Source: Candidatus Altimarinota bacterium
GTDB taxonomy: Bacteria > Patescibacteriota > Gracilibacteria > 1-14-2-50-48-13
NCBI GenBank assembly: GCA_046314355.1
Contig: JBKBWQ010000001.1
Location: forward strand, 1,408,001 to 1,472,000
Direction: 5' to 3'
DNA: 64,000 nt
The translations under genes were made by a program, and so were the position numbers. Below the pieces are notes generated by a model, which was not told the origin of the DNA, did no database searches, and saw nothing but the letters and a program-made list of their open reading frames with translations. Numbering within the stretch: the first letter of the stretch is position 1; every line of letters begins with the position of its first letter. This document shows, piece after piece, positions 57,612-64,000 of the stretch.

Positions 57612-59360
57612 ATGGAGGATAATAACAAGATCGTATCGTTTACAGGAAAAAACAAGCCCCTCTCAAATGATCTACAGTGTAAAGAAGCAGAACTACTTGG
57701 AGGAAAGTTTGCGGATGAGATCAAAGAGACATTAGAGATGATAGAAAACAGCGGGATTGTGGAACAGGATGATACTCTTACGAGAGCTTTGACAAGCGGT
57801 GAGAGTACATTGCAGAGAAAACTTCGTGCTGCTGTTCCTGATCACACTGCGAGGTATACTGAACATACTCAAGGGTTCGATAAAGAGATCCAGGCATTAT
57901 TTGAAGACTATTTAGTAAATCGAAATTTTGAGGGGTTAGCTGTCTCAGAACATGCTCTGCAGAGAACAAAACAAGGTGATATGTTTCCACTTCACTTGGT
58001 GCTTTCAAAAAAAAACTCGAATGATATAGAATTTGCTGAAGTGGTGACCCAGCTTCAAGAGATAGATGAACAGATCATAGCAGGAAATAGTGTGCCAATG
58101 TCTGAGGAAAATGCTGCTCTCTATTGGTACGGTATATTCTCGTTTTTGTTTACCATGGCAAAGGATAAGAGATTCGCAAACCATGGAACTGCTGCGATGT
58201 ACTTTCAGAGAATCGCTGTTCTCCGACGTGACCCTGATGTCCTAGATGCATTAAAAAATATTGTGGAACAGGATCGGGATATTCAGAAAAAAACCTCTGA
58301 GTTATTTAAGGAACATGCTCGAAGTATTGAACTGCCGCTTAATCTTGAGAAAGAAAAGATGTATCAAACATTTAAGAATAGTTCTCTGCATGCTTTTCAA
58401 CTTCTCTTTACTACCCTCGTTGGGTGTGGCGTATTGAAAGCAGAAGCTCTCTCTCAATTTTTACTGCAGGTAAAGGATGTAAAAAGCTCTCCGGTATTTA
58501 TGCAGAGTGCAGATAAGATCACGGAAGTACTGCATACATTATTTCAGCAGGCAGAAGTAGACGTAGAAAAAAGACAAGCAATTGCAGATCAAACAAAGGT
58601 GCTTGAAATACAAACTCCGCAGGAAATAAATCTAAAAAACGAAGTATACTTGCGGATTCATAGTGCTGCAGAAAAAAATAAAAATCTGATGAAAGGGATT
58701 ATAAAAGATAATTATGAAGACTTTATTAATAGTTATAAAGAGAACAGTATTAAGTTTCCAGACTACTGGCAGGAGGCAAAAATTCTTGAGAAAGAACATC
58801 AGCTTGTGGATAATAAAATCAGTACTGTAACGGAAATTCAGAGAATGAAAACTAACCTCTGGGAGGAAAAGCTAAAAGAATTCCTGAAAAATTTTGAATT
58901 TAATGGCAGAGAAAAAAATAACCTAAGCTTTTTGATTGCGATGGGAGAGAAGATGAATGTATTAGAGCAGACTTATGGACATCCTCCTGAGAGAAAGAAA
59001 AATTTTGAAGAATTTAATAAGCAGAAAATCGTTTCAAGTATCTGTAGTGCTGTAAGTGAGATATTTGGGAATGTGGTATATGATGAATCGAATAAAGGCT
59101 TTGCTCTTCAGCCTTGGGAACAAGTCGTGCGAACTATGAATATATGGAATTTATTAAAGCAGATTGCGAAAAGCTGGGGGTATACTGATGATTTAGAAAG
59201 TACTTTTAACCGTGCTCTACAGCCAAACTTTGTTGCTAGGCAGTATCAAGGGAGAACAATAAATATAACTGAATTGGAAAAGGCATATAACGGGGAAGTG
59301 GAAAGACTAGAGAATGTAAAAAAAGCACCTAAAAAGAAAAAAGGATTTTTTAAGAGATAA
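57612..59360 (+). CDS. Hypothetical helical protein
   Basis: 582-aa ORF ending KKKKGFFKR. Confidence 0.55.
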   Translation: MEDNNKIVSFTGKNKPLSNDLQCKEAELLGGKFADEIKETLEMIENSGIVEQDDTLTRALTSGESTLQRKLRAAVPDHTARYTEHTQGFDKEIQALFEDYLVNRNFEGLAVSEHALQRTKQGDMFPLHLVLSKKNSNDIEFAEVVTQLQEIDEQIIAGNSVPMSEENAALYWYGIFSFLFTMAKDKRFANHGTAAMYFQRIAVLRRDPDVLDALKNIVEQDRDIQKKTSELFKEHARSIELPLNLEKEKMYQTFKNSSLHAFQLLFTTLVGCGVLKAEALSQFLLQVKDVKSSPVFMQSADKITEVLHTLFQQAEVDVEKRQAIADQTKVLEIQTPQEINLKNEVYLRIHSAAEKNKNLMKGIIKDNYEDFINSYKENSIKFPDYWQEAKILEKEHQLVDNKISTVTEIQRMKTNLWEEKLKEFLKNFEFNGREKNNLSFLIAMGEKMNVLEQTYGHPPERKKNFEEFNKQKIVSSICSAVSEIFGNVVYDESNKGFALQPWEQVVRTMNIWNLLKQIAKSWGYTDDLESTFNRALQPNFVARQYQGRTINITELEKAYNGEVERLENVKKAPKKKKGFFKR

Positions 59361-59365
59361 TTTCT

Positions 59366-60103
59366 ATGACTTATTATAAAGAAAATACTATATTGGCCGC
59401 AAATGCTGGAAATAATGCATTTTCTTATGATGACCGGGAAAAAATAATAGGCAGAAAGCCATCACTTATTGTCCCGTCTATCATGAATGGCACGATAAAT
59501 GATGTATGTGTTGGTGAAGATATTGTTTTTGAAGAAGTAGAGGAGGGAATTTTGAAATCCTGTAGAGGCTTGCGAAAATTTGTAAGAATTAAGGATAAGG
59601 AGCAGGATGGGGGAAGAGAAATCATTATCTTCGACAACCACAACCACGCATACTATTTTTGGGCTGAGGCTAGAAGTAGAGGACTGATAAGAGACGGCGC
59701 GACGCTTATCCATATCGATCAGCATAAGGACATGAGAGACCCAGAAATTTACCAAAAAAATGAAGATCTCAATGACCTGGGAAAAGTCGCAACTTATACA
59801 AATGAGGTCCTCAATGTGGGTAACTTTATTATTCCTGCCCGGGAAGCCGGTATGATAAAAGATATTTTTCTCCTGGATGCGGAGCAGCACTTTGATCAGG
59901 ATTTTTCTCAGATCTCAGGAAATCTTATCGTAGATATTGACCTAGATATGTTTGCTCCAGAGCTTGATTTTATGGATCAGAAAATGATCTTGGAAAAGAC
60001 GAGAGAATTGGTAGCAAAGGCGAGCTTTGTGACGATGGCGACTAGTCCGTTTTTTATAGAGCAGGAGGAGGCGATAGAGTGGGCGAGAAAGATATTTTTA
60101 TAA
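59366..60103 (+). CDS. UPF0489 family protein (arginase/deacetylase-like fold)
   Basis: DNHNHA, HIDQHKD, NVGNFI.PA, DIDLD.F, ATSPFF. Confidence 0.8.
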   Translation: MTYYKENTILAANAGNNAFSYDDREKIIGRKPSLIVPSIMNGTINDVCVGEDIVFEEVEEGILKSCRGLRKFVRIKDKEQDGGREIIIFDNHNHAYYFWAEARSRGLIRDGATLIHIDQHKDMRDPEIYQKNEDLNDLGKVATYTNEVLNVGNFIIPAREAGMIKDIFLLDAEQHFDQDFSQISGNLIVDIDLDMFAPELDFMDQKMILEKTRELVAKASFVTMATSPFFIEQEEAIEWARKIFL

Positions 60104-61189
60104 ATCCTGATACCAGTGATCAAGCTCATTCTGCTTTAGTATATAGGAGAGAAAGTATGCTGCTTTTTCACGCGTCAGTGCTATGTCCCGATTGATGTGA
60201 GTATAAGGAATGATAAGGGAAGAGAAGTAAAGTGCCTCTTTGAAATCTTCATTTAGAGAATGAAACCATTCTAGGTAAAGCTGCCCATTGGGAATGTAAA
60301 ATGGTGAGGCTTCTGAATTTGTTTCTGCATCTGAGTCTTCTGACTGAATCTTTATGATCAGCATATTGAAAACTAGTTTTAGAAATTCCTGGTCAGATAT
60401 ATTAGCACTAGGTTCAAACATCGTAGGTGATCTTCCTTTAATGAGGTTATGTTCTTTCGCATAAACCACATAACCCTGGTACCATTCATGGATACTTACA
60501 TCTTTGAAGTATGCATAGGTGTAGGTCGGATGTTGGACTTTAAAATTAGTCGCATGGTTTTCCCAGTTTTCTTTTGGGAAAAAAGTACGCAGTAGTAATG
60601 CTAATGCTTCAGCTCGTGGAATATATGCACCAGGTACGTATGCTTCCGGAGTTCTTCCTTTGATGATTTGTTTGTCATAGAGATATTCAATACTATCTCT
60701 ATAGCCGCTAAATTCTATATCTGTAAAAGAAGATGCACTATCTTGATGGGAATGTGGAGGAATGTAAGCTGTATTGCTAAAAGCATTTGGATGATTCTTT
60801 GAGAAATATTCAAGATATATAGTCCCTCCTTTTTCTCTCAGATCACGGTGGATACCTGTATTGAAAAGTAATAATCCGGAACCGCTCGCAGTATTGAAGA
60901 TTGAGCCAGTACAGTCTTTATAGATATTGCATATTTTTTCTTCTCCTACAGCTTTTTTCTGACGAATATTTTCTGATGATAAGACTTCTCCAGTATAAAA
61001 ACGAATACTATATGAAAGATCTGGAAGTGGAGCTGACCAGGTAAAAACATCATCTTTAAAACGTTCCTGAATATGCTGAAAATCTGTAATTGCATAATCT
61101 TTGCTTTCTAGAGCATAAACGTGAGTTTGTAGATGCACGAAAACTAGTACCGAAAAAAATACTGTGAGAGCAAGGAAAGATTTTCTCAT
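60098..61189 (-). CDS. Secreted SLH-domain protein
   Basis: Signal peptide; FTDI..IKG..RAEAL; FKDV..WY..IKG..FEP. Confidence 0.78.
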   Translation of the reverse strand: MRKSFLALTVFFSVLVFVHLQTHVYALESKDYAITDFQHIQERFKDDVFTWSAPLPDLSYSIRFYTGEVLSSENIRQKKAVGEEKICNIYKDCTGSIFNTASGSGLLLFNTGIHRDLREKGGTIYLEYFSKNHPNAFSNTAYIPPHSHQDSASSFTDIEFSGYRDSIEYLYDKQIIKGRTPEAYVPGAYIPRAEALALLLRTFFPKENWENHATNFKVQHPTYTYAYFKDVSIHEWYQGYVVYAKEHNLIKGRSPTMFEPSANISDQEFLKLVFNMLIIKIQSEDSDAETNSEASPFYIPNGQLYLEWFHSLNEDFKEALYFSSLIIPYTHINRDIALTREKAAYFLSYILKQNELDHWYQDL

Positions 61190-61322
61190 CTGAGGGTGTA
61201 AGAAATATGTAACTAAAATATATGGTTGAGACGACTTCTTTTCAAGAGTTTATTTTTGCTATCAATACTTTTACTAAAAATATGCTATACTAACTATAGA
61301 TTCATATCTTTCCTCCATTACT

Positions 61323-63680
61323 ATGAAATTACCGATCAAACTCTTAGGCGTATGCGCTTTCGTGCTCGCTGTATCTTGTACTCAGACACCTAGTACTCCT
61401 ACTGAAAATCTCAATGGGAATCTTTCAGGCGCTATCATTCCAACTATTGAAGTACCAACTTCTTCTGGTGCGGAGCTGCCTCTTACGTCTTCCGGTGTAC
61501 TTGCAAATCAGGCACAGATAAAAAAGTTTGGATCCTATGATGAATTAAAAGAGTATCTCGAAAACAATCCTTCTACAAACACTTATGGACGCGGAGGCGG
61601 TATCATGAGTCTTGAGAGCTCAAGTTCTGTAGGAAAAAGTGTAGACGCCGTAGCTCCCACTGCGATGCCTGCAACAGATAGAGATTTTTCCGCAAATGGA
61701 GGTTCAGATGATTATTCGAAGACAAATGTACAGGTGGAAGGTGTAGATGAGGGAGATATCGTAAAAACTGATGGAAAGTACCTCTATAGTATTTCAGGTC
61801 AGGATCTCTATATCACAGATGCATATCCTGCTGATAAAGCCTCAGTACTTTCAAAGGTAGCCTTCAAATCTCAGCCTGAAGGACTGTATCTTGATGGTAA
61901 TACACTAGTGATCTATGGAAGAAATAATACTATTTCTACTTATCCGATTTATTCCACCTTCAGAAGATATTCTGACTATATGTTCGTAAAGGTCTTTGAT
62001 GTAAGCGATAAAAAGAATCCAAAGCAGATCAGAAACCTTGATTTTGAAGGTAGTCTCATGACTTCACGGATGACGGGAGACCGTCTCTATCTTGTGACAA
62101 ATACCTACGGCATATATCAGCCAGGTGAACCAGTCGTACCTAGAGTGCTTGAAAATGGAACGATGCTTTCCAATGATGTAAAATCCCCTGATTGTCTCTG
62201 TCCAAATATCTACTACTTTGATATGCCGTACCGTAACTATGGGATGACAAGTGTAGCATCGATCAACTTAAAAAATCCTGCAGAGAAGATTCAAAACACC
62301 TTGTTCCTAATGGATGGAGCGCAGAATGTATTTATGTCTCAAGATAATCTGTATCTTGCCTATACAAAATATATCAATGAAGAGGATCTGACTGCCGAAG
62401 TGCTCAAGGATATTGTATTCCCAAAGCTTGATATAAAGACTCAGACAAAGATCAATAAGATTCTGGATGCAGATGATGTAGTCCTTTCAAGACAGGAAAA
62501 ACTTCAGAAAGTACGGCAGATCATGGAAGGATATGTTTATTCACTTGCTGAGAGTGAACGGAATACTCTTGAGACGCTTTTGAAACAAAGAGTACAGGCA
62601 AAATATGCAGATATCTCAAAGGAACTTGAAAAGACTGTAGTACAAAAACTAGGCATAAGTAATGGAGCTCTTTCCTATAAAGGTTACGGTGAAGTAACTG
62701 GTCAGGTACTCAATCAGTTTTCCATGGATGAGCAGAATGGATACTTTAGAATAGCGACTACAAAGAATCAGTCGTGGTCCAATCTTGCTCCGGAGAACAT
62801 GCGTGAATCCTACAATAACCTCTACGTTCTTGATCCTTCTATGAAGATTGCGGGACAGATCGAGGATATTGCCCAGGGTGAGAGGATTTATTCAGTGAGA
62901 TTTATGCAGAACAGAGCATACATGGTGACCTTCAAACAGACAGATCCACTCTTTGTGATAGATCTCGCAACACCTGCAAACCCAAAGATCCTCGGACAGC
63001 TTAAGATCCCGGGTTATTCCAACTATCTTCATCCGTATGATGACAATACTCTTATCGGATTCGGAAGACAGACACAGGAGCTCGAAGGCGGAAGAGTACT
63101 CAATAAAGGTCTTAAACTTTCTCTCTTTGATGTCACAAATGTAGCAGCTCCTAAGGAAGCTGCGACCTATGAGTTCGGAGATGCTGCGAGTACGTCACAG
63201 GCACTTTATGATCATCATGCATTCTACTTTTCTAAGGAAAAAGGACTTCTTGCGCTTCCAGTAGAATTAAATGAGAACCCAAATATACCACTTCCAAATG
63301 CGGCTACTACACCTCGTACTGGAGCTGCTACGTCACCTGCAATAGGTATCGTACCTCCAATGCCTCCTGAAAAATCCATCTGGAGAGCGCCAAACTTTAC
63401 GGGAGCCTATGTCTTTGGTATTGCAAAGGATTCGATTACTTTGAAAGGAAAGGTAAGCCATACTGATCCAAACCTTACGCAAAGTGACGTAAATTATAAT
63501 TATGGAACTTCATACTATACGACTACCGTGAAGAGAATGCTCAATATTGGGGAGACTCTCTACTCACTTTCTGATAAGTATTTGAAGATGCATACTATTG
63601 CGGATTTGAAGCTTGTGAATACTCTTGAGCTGAAGAAGATGAAGGAGGGAGCAAATAATGACTTTGAAATAGTAAATTAA
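61323..63680 (+). CDS. Secreted beta-propeller domain lipoprotein
   Basis: Lipobox AVSC; SKTNVQVEGVDEGDIVKTDG, LNQFSMDE, GERIYSVRF, LKIPGYSNYLHP. Confidence 0.88.
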   Translation: MKLPIKLLGVCAFVLAVSCTQTPSTPTENLNGNLSGAIIPTIEVPTSSGAELPLTSSGVLANQAQIKKFGSYDELKEYLENNPSTNTYGRGGGIMSLESSSSVGKSVDAVAPTAMPATDRDFSANGGSDDYSKTNVQVEGVDEGDIVKTDGKYLYSISGQDLYITDAYPADKASVLSKVAFKSQPEGLYLDGNTLVIYGRNNTISTYPIYSTFRRYSDYMFVKVFDVSDKKNPKQIRNLDFEGSLMTSRMTGDRLYLVTNTYGIYQPGEPVVPRVLENGTMLSNDVKSPDCLCPNIYYFDMPYRNYGMTSVASINLKNPAEKIQNTLFLMDGAQNVFMSQDNLYLAYTKYINEEDLTAEVLKDIVFPKLDIKTQTKINKILDADDVVLSRQEKLQKVRQIMEGYVYSLAESERNTLETLLKQRVQAKYADISKELEKTVVQKLGISNGALSYKGYGEVTGQVLNQFSMDEQNGYFRIATTKNQSWSNLAPENMRESYNNLYVLDPSMKIAGQIEDIAQGERIYSVRFMQNRAYMVTFKQTDPLFVIDLATPANPKILGQLKIPGYSNYLHPYDDNTLIGFGRQTQELEGGRVLNKGLKLSLFDVTNVAAPKEAATYEFGDAASTSQALYDHHAFYFSKEKGLLALPVELNENPNIPLPNAATTPRTGAATSPAIGIVPPMPPEKSIWRAPNFTGAYVFGIAKDSITLKGKVSHTDPNLTQSDVNYNYGTSYYTTTVKRMLNIGETLYSLSDKYLKMHTIADLKLVNTLELKKMKEGANNDFEIVN

Positions 63681-63703
63681 ATTCTGGGGCAAGAGATTCA
63701 AAA

Positions 63704-63740
63704 AAGAAAAGAGCTTATCATCTGATAAGTTCTTTTTCTT
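63704..63740 (+). terminator. Intrinsic terminator
   Basis: AAAAGAGCTTATCA-TC-TGATAAGTTCTTTT. Confidence 0.65.
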
Positions 63741-63802
63741 GTTAAGGCTGAATTTATTTATATCTAGGATAAAATAAAACATTGAAAGTTAGGAGGAATA
63801 CT

Positions 63803-64000
63803 ATGAAAAATGCATTTACTGAAAAATATTTTGGGGTGATTACTTCTATAAATTTTGGTTCCCAAATGGAACTAAAGTGATAATTCAACATCAAACCTGG
63901 CGTTCAGGAGAGCTAAAGCTGAAGCTGAAGCGCGTAATGATAGTATTCAGTTCACTATTTATGGATTAGGTGGCGAAAAAACCATAATAGAAAAACATGT
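63803..64000 (+). pseudogene. Possible frameshifted ORF running off the window end
   Basis: AGGAGG SD and ATG 63803; stop at 63880, but an alternative frame stays open (NSTSNLAFRR...) to the end. Confidence 0.3.

Noticed and set aside
1-64000. Alternative genetic code 25 (Gracilibacteria-type)
   Set aside because: Long ORFs are intact under code 11, and TGA ends genes at expected positions (3503, 4651, 14585)
1-64000. CRISPR array, rRNA, transposase, prophage
   Set aside because: No spaced direct repeats or recognisable motifs seen by eye

Overview
64 kb of an AT-rich bacterial chromosome using the standard code (TGA is used as a stop). Several SLH-anchored secreted proteins, many orphan ORFs and mostly SD-less leaders suggest a Patescibacteria/CPR genome, possibly Peregrinibacteria-like (inference). 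Layout: (1) 1-7.3 kb is a tightly coupled, more AT-rich operon, probably cut by the window edge, encoding a CofE-type ligase, an archaeal-type SAM synthetase, an HprK-like kinase, an HD protein, a GT2, AroE and a TIM-barrel/Gfo-Idh-MocA fusion. This is the best candidate for an undescribed biosynthetic system, and it ends at a GC-rich palindromic element beside a frameshifted GIY-YIG gene. (2) 8-27 kb holds stress and detoxification genes (VOC, RibD-C, SRPBCC, MerR, PadR, ArsR), an ABC exporter flanked by a 14-bp inverted repeat, Fic plus a HEPN-like ORF, pyruvate oxidase, and ligD with an internally deleted ku. (3) A 2288-aa duplicated beta-propeller SLH surface protein and an SLH esterase. 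(4) Housekeeping and envelope genes (csp, rmlC, rmlD, flippase, hflX), an ABC-2 system with four permeases, and orphans. No rRNA, intact tRNA, CRISPR array or transposase was seen. All calls come from reading motifs by eye, with no database searches.
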